DNA of 64,000 nucleotides from Carpediemonas membranifera BICM (Eukaryota > Protista > Fornicata), in contig JAHDYR010000016.1 in assembly GCA_019828565.1 (NCBI GenBank), positions 211,053 through 275,052 on the forward strand, written 5' to 3'. Positions 22,503 to 33,357 of this stretch are shown in pieces (within the stretch, counting starts at the first letter, position 1; each line of letters starts with the position of its first letter). The notes under the pieces are model-generated. The model was not told the origin of the DNA. It was given only the letters and a program-made list of their open reading frames with translations, and made no database searches. Position numbers and translations under genes: made by a program.

Positions 22503-23483
22503 TCACTCGAACTCACCCTCCACATTTGTCCAATATCCACTGTGAATTGGGTCCATCTTTGCCAAAGTCTGACAGAGCCCCTTGCCCTCCGCCTTGTCTT
22601 CCGGCCCGAGCTCCGTCCTGTCCTGCAGCAACCCGACTCTCAGGGCCAGAGCGGGGACAGCGGTGAGCCCCTCCCCGTCGACGGCCCCGTACTCGGCCAG
22701 CAGACCTACTGTGGCCGGGTGGGACTGGAGGGTTTGGTCGATGTCTATGAGGCCCCTGATGAAAGTCCACGGGCACTCGTTGTTGGGCGCCGTCCTGGCC
22801 ATGGTGGCTGCGTACTCGAGGGCGTCGACCAGGTCATCGCGGGCTGTCCCCGTGTGTTTGGTGGCCTCCATCATAAATGACCAAGCGCTGTTGTTTCGCA
22901 CATCCATGGCAATGAGGTCCGAGGCCACAGCGCTTAGTCTGGACCACATCTGCTGGGTGGAGACAATGTGGTGCAGGTAGGACCAGGCGTGGTAGTTCTT
23001 GGCGTCCACCGTGAGCACGGTGTCGATAATGAAGTCCAGTTCCGCATCAATGAAGGATGCGGGGTCCTCCATCGACACGTGGGCGACGACCTTGTCGAAG
23101 ACACGCTCGCGGTGGTTCCATGTTTGATATATCTTTGGGATCTTGCGTAGGAGCGCGTTGAGCAGATCGGTCTCGGCTCCGAGCGTTGCTTCGAATGAGG
23201 CTGTTTCGTCAAGCAATGGGAATATGCAGCGCCGCCGAACGGCCCATGCCGAGTAATGAGCAGGATTCTTCATGATAATAGCGGTTGAGAGGTCAAGGAC
23301 GCGCTTACTGGCCTCATCTGTGTCGACTATGGCCGCAAACAGCTCCACCATCTCTTTGTACTCTGCTGGATGGCGGATGTTGCATACAGAGGGAACTATC
23401 TCTATTTCAACGGGAGTTACGTCGCTCCAATCGTGCTCCTTCCAGGCTGCTGACGCCATGTCTTTGTCTAGGAAGAAATACAT
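22503..23483 (-). CDS. FNTA: Protein farnesyltransferase/GGTase-I alpha subunit
   Basis: WSDVTP and PPTA repeats NPAHYSAW..RR, PKIYQTWNHR, DAKNYHAWSY, DVRNNSAW, PNNECPW; C-terminal DPIH..YW. Confidence 0.92.
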   Translation of the reverse strand: MYFFLDKDMASAAWKEHDWSDVTPVEIEIVPSVCNIRHPAEYKEMVELFAAIVDTDEASKRVLDLSTAIIMKNPAHYSAWAVRRRCIFPLLDETASFEATLGAETDLLNALLRKIPKIYQTWNHRERVFDKVVAHVSMEDPASFIDAELDFIIDTVLTVDAKNYHAWSYLHHIVSTQQMWSRLSAVASDLIAMDVRNNSAWSFMMEATKHTGTARDDLVDALEYAATMARTAPNNECPWTFIRGLIDIDQTLQSHPATVGLLAEYGAVDGEGLTAVPALALRVGLLQDRTELGPEDKAEGKGLCQTLAKMDPIHSGYWTNVEGEFE

Positions 23484-24605
23484 GGCTCACGTAACTCTGA
23501 TAAATGGTCCCGATCTGAGTGGTAGCCAGTGAAGGCAAGGGACTAGATTTAATCATTCTAGCAGGACTGAGGCGAGATCAATGAGGGCGATGGTCCTAAG
23601 CAAAGAAGTGAGAGGCCGAAAGAAGCAGTGATCTACGCGATGGGTATGGCAGGGTGCAAGGCGATGCAGAGCGCCTCAAAGCTACATTAGTTGCATCACT
23701 CCTCGTCCGCGTCTTCGGTGGGCATTGCATTGAATTGTGCTTTGATGTTGGTTACTGAAAAGAGTGGCCCTCGTTGTGTTATCCGCCCTGAAGTCCAGGA
23801 GGATGGTTGAATGACTGTAGAACACGACTAGTTCTGGATTGCAGCTGATCGCTAGCCCGGGAGGACATCATCGCCGGCCGCTTCACCAAAAGTGTCCCAT
23901 ACTTGCATATGAAACGGCAGTTGCTGCCTCTACGTCCGAGGAACTTCCCCATGGCCGAAACCACGACTTCAACCCTTTCTGCAGAAAAAGCTGCATGAAA
24001 AAAAAAAAGAACCAATCATCGGTCACGAGCTCAACAGGCCAAAACAGAAACACAAGAGGATGTTTAAAAGCGATCATCTGCTCTTCTTCGGCTTCTGGGA
24101 GGATGAAGCCCTCAAGCTACGCTCAACCTAAAACTGCTCGAGGCCATTGAGCCGCTTTGGGCCGCCGTCCCGCCTGAGATCCAGGGTGATTTTCGACTGG
24201 GTCGTGACGTGAGAGCGGCCACGCCGGGACCACGCTTTTCCGGAAGAGACCCGGCGTCGCACCTATGACTGCATGTTCGGCGGATACACGGAGCATAGAT
24301 GATTCTCATGGACACTTTCGAGACCCCCTCAGCAGAGCAGTAACAGACTAGTCGAGTAGCAGCTGTTTGCCAGAGTCCATAGTGTGCGGGCAGGGTGTGA
24401 AACCCCTGCCAGACCCGTATCGATCAAATAGAGGTCGCATGCCGGCCATCATTGGTTCATGTTACACGGCAGAGAGATGTTGCAGATTTTCTCAGTCAGA
24501 CATTCAAGTCACACGGGTTTCCGACAGCAATCAATGACAAGTCCGACCGATCCATGAGCCATCACCAAGCACTATGACCCGTTTATATACACAACCCCGA
24601 GGCCC

Positions 24606-27600
24606 TCACTCATGGCGATCACACATGCCGTACCTCGTGTCATCACCGCACAGCGAGGTCGGCAGCGGCCAGCTCGAGATCCCCCAGAGTTCGGCGTACT
24701 CGGACGCAGCCCTGTCGCTGCTGAACTTGGCCACAGACGCGGTGAGGCGGATGGCCTCGGAGGCCCACTTGACCTGGTCCCTGTAGAGCGAGTCAACCCG
24801 CTGCTGGCCGCGGAGGTAGTCCTCGAAGTCGCGGTAGATGAGGTAGTAGTCGTTGCGGCGGGAGAGCTCGGCAACGATCGGCTCGAACTGGCCCTCGTCC
24901 TTAAATATTCCTGTTGAGATCTGCCTGACAACGCTGTCGAGCTCCAGGCAAGGCGGCTCCTGCTCGCCCTGGGCATAGCCGGCGCGGATCTCCTCGACCT
25001 CGGCCTCGGTGGAGATGCCGAAGGTGACGACGCCATGGCCGTTGCTCTCCTCATTGATCTCGATGGTGGCGCCGTCGAGTGTGCCGAGAATCAGGGCCGA
25101 GTTGAGCACAAACTTCATGTTAGACGTACCACTGTGTAAAACTGCGCGACTGTACTTACGAGGCCTCTGTGCCCGTTGTCGAGATGTGCTGCGACACGTC
25201 CGTCGCTGGGATGATGACCTCCGCGAGACTGACGTTGTAGTCCGGTAAGAACACCACCGTGAGCCAGCGCCGCGTCTCCGGATCCTCGTTGACGATGTCC
25301 GCGACGACGTTAATGAGGTTGATGATGAGCTTGGCCCTGGCGTATGCGGCTGCGGACTTGCCGCCGAATATGGTGCAGCGGGGGACCGTGTTCTCGCGCT
25401 GCTCGGGAGACATGCGCTTGAGGACAAGGTAGCGGTAGATGACGCTCAGGACGTTGAGCAGCTGGCGCTTGTACTCATGGATTCGCTTGACGTGGACGTC
25501 GAAGAGGGCCTGCGGACTGACGGCGACGCCCGTCAGCCGCTGGATGTGGGCCACCAGTCGCTCCTTATTGAGCCGCTTGACGGCCATCCACTCCTGCTGG
25601 AAGCCCCGTTCATCGGCGAACTCCTCGAGCTGGCGGAGGACGGAGAGGTCCTTGACCCAGGCGTCTGTGCCGAGCTTCCTCGTGATGAGGGCCGAGAGCT
25701 GCGGGTTGGCGACCTTGAGCCAGCGGCGGGAGGTGATTCCGTTGGTCTTGTTGCAGAACTTCTCAGGGTAGAGCTCGTGGAACTGCTTGAACGTGCGGGA
25801 CTTCAGGATGCTTGTGTGGAGCTCGGCCACGCCGTTCACCGCACCGGACATGACGATGGCGAGGTTGGCCATGCGAACGTGCTTCTCGGGGTGCTCGCCG
25901 ATGATCGAGACGGCCCTGAGGAAGTCCTCGTCGTGGTCGGCCCGGATCGACTCGAGGAACTCCCAGTTGATGTCGTAGATCAGCTGCATGTGTCTGGGGA
26001 GCAGGGCGGCCATGAGGGAGACGGGCCACCGCTCCAGGGCCTCGGGCAGCACAGTGTGGTTCGTGAAGAAGAACACACGGCGGCTGATGGAGAGCGCCGC
26101 TTCGAATGGCATACCGTGCTCGTCCACGAGGAGGCGGATGAGCTCTACCACAGAGATGGTCGGGTGAGTGTCGTTGAGCTGGATCGCGACAAAGTCGGGC
26201 AGCTCCTCGAAAGCATGGCCCTCCATCACGAAGCGGGCAAGAATGTCCTGGAGCGAGGCGCTGGAGAAGAAGTACTGCTGCTTCAGCCTCAGCTCGAGCC
26301 CGGCCTGCGTGCTGTCATCAGGGTACAGCACGGACGTGATCGCCTCAGCCTCCTGCCGCCACCGCAGCGCTGAAGAGTAGTCGCCCTTGTTGAAGCTGAC
26401 GAGGTCGAACTCCTCGGACGGCTGGCTCGACCAAAGCCGCAGGTTAAGGCACGTCGTGGTGTCGTATCCGGGGACGGGCGTGTCATACGCCTTGGCGCAG
26501 ACGGTCTGGCCCGCGTGCCACTTGAACTTGGGATGGTCGCCCTCAGTGGCCTCGACGACGCCGTAGAAGCCCACTGTGTACATCACGTCGTTCCTCTCGA
26601 TCTCCCACGGCGTCCCCTCAGCCAGCCAGAAGTCGGGAAGCTCCCGCTGCCGCTTGTTGATGATCTCCTGCCGGAACATACCGTACTTGTATCTAATCCC
26701 GTAGCCCCAGACGGGGTAGTTGAGAGTCGCCATCGAGTCGAGATAACAGGCCGCCAGACGACCCAGCCCGCCGTTGCCGAGGCCCGCGTCATGCTCAAGC
26801 TGCACGATCTCCTCCATGCGAGTGCCCAGCTCGGCCAACACGCCGCGGAACTCTGACTCGAGCCGCATGTTGGTGACTGCGTTGCTAAAGCTGCGGCCGA
26901 TGAGGAACTCGATGCTCATGTAGTATGCCCGCTTGGCCGACATCGCCGTGAAGTACACGTTTGAGTCGTTGAGGTACTCGATGAGCCGGTCTCTTATGGC
27001 GAGGGAGGCAGCCCGGAACATGTTGTTGGGCGAGCCACAGTATCGGCTGCATGCGATGGTGTGTTCGAGGTGGTGGATAATCTGCTGGCGGATAGTCTCC
27101 TTGTTGCGGGCAGTGTACTTGGGCAGCATCTGCCAGAGGGCGTCGTCAGGGTTTGCCTCGACACTGAGCTCGGCTGACAGACGCGTCCGCACCTTATACT
27201 CCTCGATCGTGGAGGCGTAAAGCGACCGGACTTGGCTCAAAGGCATGAGAGTTGCTGCCTCGAGGAAGCTCTGGAGCGCGTGGGCCGGGAGTAATCTGAA
27301 CTTGCTGGCCTCGGGCTCGGAGTCCAGCGTGGCAGCCCGCATGGGCTCGAGCGAGTGCCGACGCTGACGACGGAGCGGTGCAGGCTTGGACATGGTCATC
27401 GGCATGGTCAGCGGGGAGGCGCGGCGCTGCCGGCTGATGCGGATGGACTCAAGCTCGTGGTAGAGCTTCAGGTTGGGGCGGGCTTCCACTGGTCGCTCGT
27501 AAACGTGACTAAGGAAGTCGCGTTCGATTATTTCTGTCTCATGATACTCTTCAGATTCGCCAGCAATGCCTGCAGCAGAATCTGTGGGCTGCTTCTCGTG

Positions 27601-27660
27601 TTCCGACTGTTTGTGGCCTGTTTGGGCAGAACTTGGCCTTCCTTCGGATGCTTCCTCCAT
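24606..27660 (-). CDS. Glycogen/alpha-glucan phosphorylase, 2 exons
   Basis: DAGLGNGGLGRLAAC, QLNDTHP, TNHTVLPEALE, NKTNGI and KRIHEYKRQ. The PLP motif EASGTSNMK is split by a 28-nt intron at 25132-25159. Confidence 0.97.
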
Positions 27661-27789
27661 ATTTGTCTATTTCAATGCTTGCCAGTTAGCACGAAATCTG
27701 CTGTAGCATTGTACTGTCGTTCTACGGTGTCGTCCAAAACTAAACTGCACCAAAGAAGAGCACCCAAAATGACGCCCACAAGCCCTTTA

Positions 27790-30700
27790 TCACGCCAACA
27801 GCTCCCTCAGCTTCCGTTCGTACTCCTCGTCGATCGGGTCGTCATCCAGCAGCGTGCTTCCCAGTCCCACAGGGTCCCTGAGCTTTGTCTGGCCAGACCC
27901 GAGCGGGGTCCGGAAGACGTTGAGCGGCTGCGACTCAAACACACCGAACTCTGTGATGACATGCCGCTTGCGGGGGCTGATTTTCTCCACGGGTGCAACT
28001 CCGTGAGACTTGAATGGGTCGACCTGCGCGTCCCTCATATACCGGGCAGAGGCGGCGTAGTCTACGGCCACGGTGTCCGGGTCAATCTCAACTGCTCCGG
28101 ACTCGGGCCCGGGTGTCGCGAGGACTGCGGAGGCCGGCCGGACCTGGGCCTCGGGCTGGGCGGGCTCGGGCTCGGGAACATCGGGGATCTCTCCAAGATC
28201 GTAGCCTACCAAGCGGGCCACAGCCTGTCCGAAATTGCCCATTGTGAGAGCTCCTATGGCGTCATTGATTTGATGCCGCAGCCGACCACGGCCGGCGCCA
28301 AATACCGTTGACAGCATGCCCGGTAGCGTCTCCTGTGCTGCCTGCAGCCGTTTTGCCAGATTTGCTCTCGCGATGGCCTCCTCGGCATATCTCCGCCGCC
28401 GCATGACAGGTTCAAGCTCCTCGAGCACGGCAGCGTACAACATGTGCGGGTCCGGCTTCGGCATCGGTGGTGGTGTCGGCGGCCTAGGCGGCTTCCACGA
28501 GCTCACGATGTCCCTGGGTGGTCCTGCGTCAGCGTCATGGAGCCGCATGGCCGCGGACTCGGTCATGGTCCTGGACAGCCGATGGAGGGCGTCTATGCAC
28601 GCTTCCAGCTCGTCATCAGGCATCGCCCAGAGCGCCTCGGCCACGTTTGTCGGGTCAGTATCGGGCTCAGTCTCGTCGGGCCACTGCCCTTCGGCCAATC
28701 GGCGCTCCCGCTCGGCCTGGAGGGTGGCGTACAGCAACTGGGCCGCCCTAGCATGAAGGGCAGCGTCTCTGGCGTCCACGTACGCATCGAGACTAGCTGC
28801 GACGGCACGGAGCTCGTCTTCGAGCGCCACCGCGGGCCCGAACACATTGATCGACGGCCCCATCGCCGCGTCCTCTACCAAGCTGAGCGCAGTGTCCCTC
28901 AGCGTCAGAGCCCACTCCCGCTCGAGATCCTCGGCCCCACCCACGCTGCAAGAGGTCAAACTGAGCATGGAGCCCAGCAGCTGGTCGGGCGTCATCTGTC
29001 TGACGTCTACTGAGAGCTTGGGCAGGGTGGGAGGCGTGTCCTCGGCGGCGGGGGCAAGCATCTGCTCGACCAGATCCATCCAGTCCTGCGTGACCTCTTC
29101 TCCAAGGTGGGCCTTGAACGCGTTGATGTGCAGGAAGTAGGCAATCAATTGATCGGTACGGGCCTCCGTAAAGACTGCCTCGACCTCCTCCTCGGCCATG
29201 CCGTACTGGGTGAACGCTGAGGGGTCGAAGCCGGCGTCGGGGTCGGCTTGGATCTCGGCATCATCAATGATACCACTGATCGCCAACCATCTTTTCCGGT
29301 ATTCCGGAGTTGCTTCCGGGGTCAGCTTCCCCGTTCTCCGGATGTCCGGCATAGACGCCCGCCTGACCTCCCTGGGTTTCACGGAAAACATGTCAATAAC
29401 ATCCGCACTAGTCTCAAACTCAGGCTCGGCAGTCGAGGCGCCGTGCCACTCCTTCGCCAGGCCCCGGACGGCCAACATGTCAATGTCGCAGCACTTGTAC
29501 GTGGCATATCGCCCAAACACAGTCGAGATCCACAGCGCAACGTTGTCATACCGCTCTCGCCAGAACTCGTCGCGCAGGATAGCCGCCTCAACCTCACTGA
29601 TCGCCTCATCCGGCGGGGGCGGGAGGTCGACCGGGAGATCGTGGAAGGACTCCGGCATCTCTGAAAGCTCGGTCTTGCCGTCAGTCAGGTCAAACGCACT
29701 AGCTTGCCGTGGGATTGTCATCGCTGACGCCGTGTGCGATCTGGACCGTCGTGTGTGCTCTGACACTAGGGTTGGGTCGTCGTAGTCGGTGCTGAGGCCG
29801 CACTCTTCCGGCCCGACTGTCTCAGTGTCGTGATCGCTAGATTCTGATACAAATCCTGTGAGATCGTGAATAGATTTGATTGCATCTTGGGCAGACCATA
29901 TCCTACTTTGTTCGGCCTCCGTGAGATCGCGCACAGACAGCACCATCTGGGACATCTCGTTGGACACGGAGTAGTCTGACGTGTACGACGAATACGACTC
30001 GGTCTCGGTCTCCTCGCTGGCCACAGACGGGGACTGCTCGGTCTCGGAAGCCTCAGACTCGACGTTCATGGTGGTTGAGATCATCAACCCGTTGCCCGAT
30101 CTGGGTGATCGGGTGGTGGGTCTGTTCCCGGCAGACTCCCTCGACTCTGACCGGTGCAGTTGTCTCAGATGGGGCTTGGACGGCGCCCTGGTGAGCGTAG
30201 GGGTTGCTGGGCTGGGTAGGTCGGGCAGGTCGAATGAGAACGACGCGCTCCCGGTCGACATCTGCCTCTGGTGTGCCTTCTTGGCTGCCAGCGCGCTAGT
30301 TGGCTTAGTCGGTGACTTTCTCTGAGTCGGCGGGGGTCTTGCACTGCGGGCCTTGGCGGGCTCCTCCGGCAGACTCGGGAGCCACGGGAAGGCGGTGCCC
30401 GTCTGCTCCTGGGCGGTGGCGACGAGCCCGTTCAGCTTGCCCATGAGGTTCATGGTCCGGAAGCCGGAGAATCCCTTCCTCCCGTCCTGGTCGGCGTCCT
30501 TGAAGTCGTCCCCGAGGGACAGTGTGGCGCCGTGGGCCGCCTTGTGGGCGACAGAGTGGTCGATGGACCTACGTCTGCCCTGTGACGAACCGCTGAACCG
30601 GCGCTTCATCACTGTCGACGGCATTCCAACGAATCCAGACCGCTCTGACCGAGCGGTGGTGGGAATCTGGCCAAATCTGGCAGTTCCAAGGGGCGACGTT

Positions 30701-33210
30701 GCCCCTGACGTCAACGACTCCCGCCGACTCCCCAGAGGAAGCTTTTTGAGGTTAGCGGTGAGGTCCTCAACATGGGCCTTTGTCTGCACGGTCGTCCTCC
30801 GCTGGTACTCCTCCATGAGAGCCTTGGCCGCCTCCTCAGCGTCCCAGACGTGCTTCGACATCGTCGCCTGCAGCTTGGTGGTCCTTACCAGCCGCGGCCC
30901 GTCGCCCTCTACCGCTGTACCCAGGACACCGTCGAAGTTGTCCAGAGAATGACCGCCGAACATCTGCCGGCGGCTCAGATCATCGCCCACACGACTGAGG
31001 AAGCTGGCGTCGAAGTGGGTCAACCCTACCGAAGCCTGCGGGCCGCGTGTGGTCTTACTGGCGAGGGCGCGGTACCTCTGGGCGGGTGTCATCGTCCGCT
31101 GGTACGTCAGGGCTTTGCCCGTGATCATGGGGCCCTTGGCCTTGTCCAGGGGCACGGAGGCGTTCTTACGGATCTTGAGACGCATCAACCTGTGTCGTAT
31201 GAGCTGGGAATACGATGAGTAGTTACCCAAGAACGCCTGCATCACCCTTCGCTGTCGGGCTGACTTGCGTGGTGAGGCTAGCTTCAGTATGCTCTCCCCA
31301 GTTCTTCTGGCCGTCTGGTCTGGGACAATGGCCTTTGACAGAGTTATAGGTGTCGCCAGGGCCGACTGTACCGGAGTCGTGGCGTGGTATCCGGCCCGGC
31401 CAGACGACCCCCGCGTGTCAGTGTCGATGTAGCCCGGGGGCTCTGTAGGGACGCCGGCGGGGGCTGTGTCTACCTCACTGAGGTCGAACGGGGTCGGGGC
31501 TGGCACCATGTGGACGTCCTCGTCCCATAGTTCGGCGTCCCCGGCCATTGCCACGCTCAGTCCGGGGTGTGACCCTGGCCTGGGCGATGGCTCGGCGCTG
31601 GGGGCCAGCTCCTCGTCAGAAACAGCTTCTGCAGTCTCCGTGCCTTGGATCGAGTCACCCAGATCCATGTCGTCCAGGGCCGGGGCGAGAGGTATATCGC
31701 GTGTCCAACTGTCCTCGGCCGCACGGTCGAGCACATCAGTTGATGGAATCCTATCGACGCTGCTCCAGGGCCCATGACCGGTCTGTGACTCCGACCTCGT
31801 GCGGTGCTCGGACCCGGCCAGACTTGCGGCCGAAGGAATGGAGGGCATCGGCGGCAGGGGGTCCCTCTGCCCCTGGCCGCCCTTGAGTCGGACGGTGAGG
31901 ATGTCCGCATGGTCGATTGCTAGCACCGCGTCCCGCTGCTTGCAGTAGTGGTGGACGAAAGCTCCGGCGGGGGACTGAGGGCGGTGGAGCGGGAGGGCGT
32001 CTGTGAGCTCTCGCTGGATGATTAGCTCGAGAGGGAGTTGCTTGATTTCAATAGTTCCTGACCCGACCGCTCCAGACGACTTTCGCCTGACACGTGACAC
32101 AGGAACTTCTGGAACATGCTTGAAAAGAGTGGTCGACTCTACCGGCACCTCTTCCTGTTGCTGAAGCAGGAAATCTGGCACAATAAGCGATGCGATAAAG
32201 AAGTTACCACTGTCTACACCACCAAACAAAATGGCAGTCCCCAGGTGAAGTATCTGTGTAGCAAACTCATTCAGACTCATCGACGGCACCAGGGCATCGG
32301 TCACCCCTGGTTCAAGCAAGAACACAGCCATCGAGCCCACTGCGACCATAACCCTGAATGGCTGGGCCTGAATGGCTGGGCAGAGGGTCAACCCGAGCAC
32401 TCGGCTGCGGGATACACGGCAGCAGAAAATGGGCCGGGCCACGGGAGGGGGATTCCTGTCATGGTCGGCCGCGAAAGCCCAGACCTCGACGTGACCGGTT
32501 CCGTATCCGACCACGACGAGAGGATCTGTCGCTGGATCGGGGGCCAAGTGCTGGGTGACCGCCGTGTGGACGATACTGGGGGTCCCGATCAGTGTGAATG
32601 CTGTGATGACACGCCACGAGATTAAGGAAAGGACTGTTGCGGTCGAACCGCTAACAGCAAATATTCGGTCACGGTGGGCGCCGAATAGTGCCAAATGGGC
32701 CACAGGCTGAGTTCCTACGCGTGCTAGGCCGATGGGCTCGAGCGAGTTCATGTCCCACATTCGAACGACGCCGTCAGAGCAACCGGCGATGATGACCGTG
32801 AGGGGGTATGTTGATGGGATCCGGCGCTGGGCATCCCTGGTCATGAGCTGGCCGCTCATGGCGTACTGTGTGTGCATATCTATGGTTAAGTCTGTTACTG
32901 CGAGGGATAGACACGCATAGGCGCCTGAAAGTGGCATTTGGTTTTGAATGATGCCTGAGAAGACATCACGGAAGACTATTTCGTTCTGTAGCGCGGAGAT
33001 CAGTAGTGATTTCTCTATATATACCGCTATGTTCGATCTTGATGCCCCATTGCTGCTGTATGACTTAGATTTGACGCAAGAGACGATGTCCACGACCTCG
33101 AAGGTGTTTCGAGTCTGAACGAGAATATAGCCCGCCGTCATATCGATAATATTGACTACTTGGCTGTCGAAAGACTGCTTGACGAAGGCGTTGGGCGGTA
33201 GTGAGGGCAT
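27790..33210 (-). CDS. Large hypothetical protein with N-terminal WD40-like repeats
   Basis: 1806-aa ORF with AGCSDGVVRMWD and VGYGTGHVEVW WD40-like motifs and a long disordered middle region. Confidence 0.75.
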   Translation of the reverse strand: MPSLPPNAFVKQSFDSQVVNIIDMTAGYILVQTRNTFEVVDIVSCVKSKSYSSNGASRSNIAVYIEKSLLISALQNEIVFRDVFSGIIQNQMPLSGAYACLSLAVTDLTIDMHTQYAMSGQLMTRDAQRRIPSTYPLTVIIAGCSDGVVRMWDMNSLEPIGLARVGTQPVAHLALFGAHRDRIFAVSGSTATVLSLISWRVITAFTLIGTPSIVHTAVTQHLAPDPATDPLVVVGYGTGHVEVWAFAADHDRNPPPVARPIFCCRVSRSRVLGLTLCPAIQAQPFRVMVAVGSMAVFLLEPGVTDALVPSMSLNEFATQILHLGTAILFGGVDSGNFFIASLIVPDFLLQQQEEVPVESTTLFKHVPEVPVSRVRRKSSGAVGSGTIEIKQLPLELIIQRELTDALPLHRPQSPAGAFVHHYCKQRDAVLAIDHADILTVRLKGGQGQRDPLPPMPSIPSAASLAGSEHRTRSESQTGHGPWSSVDRIPSTDVLDRAAEDSWTRDIPLAPALDDMDLGDSIQGTETAEAVSDEELAPSAEPSPRPGSHPGLSVAMAGDAELWDEDVHMVPAPTPFDLSEVDTAPAGVPTEPPGYIDTDTRGSSGRAGYHATTPVQSALATPITLSKAIVPDQTARRTGESILKLASPRKSARQRRVMQAFLGNYSSYSQLIRHRLMRLKIRKNASVPLDKAKGPMITGKALTYQRTMTPAQRYRALASKTTRGPQASVGLTHFDASFLSRVGDDLSRRQMFGGHSLDNFDGVLGTAVEGDGPRLVRTTKLQATMSKHVWDAEEAAKALMEEYQRRTTVQTKAHVEDLTANLKKLPLGSRRESLTSGATSPLGTARFGQIPTTARSERSGFVGMPSTVMKRRFSGSSQGRRRSIDHSVAHKAAHGATLSLGDDFKDADQDGRKGFSGFRTMNLMGKLNGLVATAQEQTGTAFPWLPSLPEEPAKARSARPPPTQRKSPTKPTSALAAKKAHQRQMSTGSASFSFDLPDLPSPATPTLTRAPSKPHLRQLHRSESRESAGNRPTTRSPRSGNGLMISTTMNVESEASETEQSPSVASEETETESYSSYTSDYSVSNEMSQMVLSVRDLTEAEQSRIWSAQDAIKSIHDLTGFVSESSDHDTETVGPEECGLSTDYDDPTLVSEHTRRSRSHTASAMTIPRQASAFDLTDGKTELSEMPESFHDLPVDLPPPPDEAISEVEAAILRDEFWRERYDNVALWISTVFGRYATYKCCDIDMLAVRGLAKEWHGASTAEPEFETSADVIDMFSVKPREVRRASMPDIRRTGKLTPEATPEYRKRWLAISGIIDDAEIQADPDAGFDPSAFTQYGMAEEEVEAVFTEARTDQLIAYFLHINAFKAHLGEEVTQDWMDLVEQMLAPAAEDTPPTLPKLSVDVRQMTPDQLLGSMLSLTSCSVGGAEDLEREWALTLRDTALSLVEDAAMGPSINVFGPAVALEDELRAVAASLDAYVDARDAALHARAAQLLYATLQAERERRLAEGQWPDETEPDTDPTNVAEALWAMPDDELEACIDALHRLSRTMTESAAMRLHDADAGPPRDIVSSWKPPRPPTPPPMPKPDPHMLYAAVLEELEPVMRRRRYAEEAIARANLAKRLQAAQETLPGMLSTVFGAGRGRLRHQINDAIGALTMGNFGQAVARLVGYDLGEIPDVPEPEPAQPEAQVRPASAVLATPGPESGAVEIDPDTVAVDYAASARYMRDAQVDPFKSHGVAPVEKISPRKRHVITEFGVFESQPLNVFRTPLGSGQTKLRDPVGLGSTLLDDDPIDEEYERKLRELLA

Positions 33211-33216
33211 CGATAA

Positions 33217-33318
33217 TGTGCAGGTTTAGGCACACGCTACTGTGCTATTGAAGCAGCACAGTACAGTGTGCTTTTGAAGGGTCAAACAATGTGTTTATTA
33301 TTATTATACTGCGCAACA
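33217..33318 (+). ncRNA. Orphan omegaRNA-like scaffold (copy 1)
   Basis: Ends AACAATGTGTTTA(TTATTATTA)TACTGCGCAACA, the same as 35440-35464 apart from a 9-nt TTA insertion. The 5' end TGTGCAGGTTTAGGCAC resembles 35388-35402 and pairs with the 3' end. Internal hairpin TACTGTGCT/AGCACAGTA. Confidence 0.5.
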
Positions 33319-33357
33319 CTGCCCTGTCTCCCTTCTACTCACGTCTTAAGTCGGTAG

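Noticed and set aside
23590-23640. Minus-strand resemblance to the U2 snRNA 5' end (GCTTCT..CGGCCT)
   Set aside because: No GTAGTA branch-pairing motif or stem I follows.
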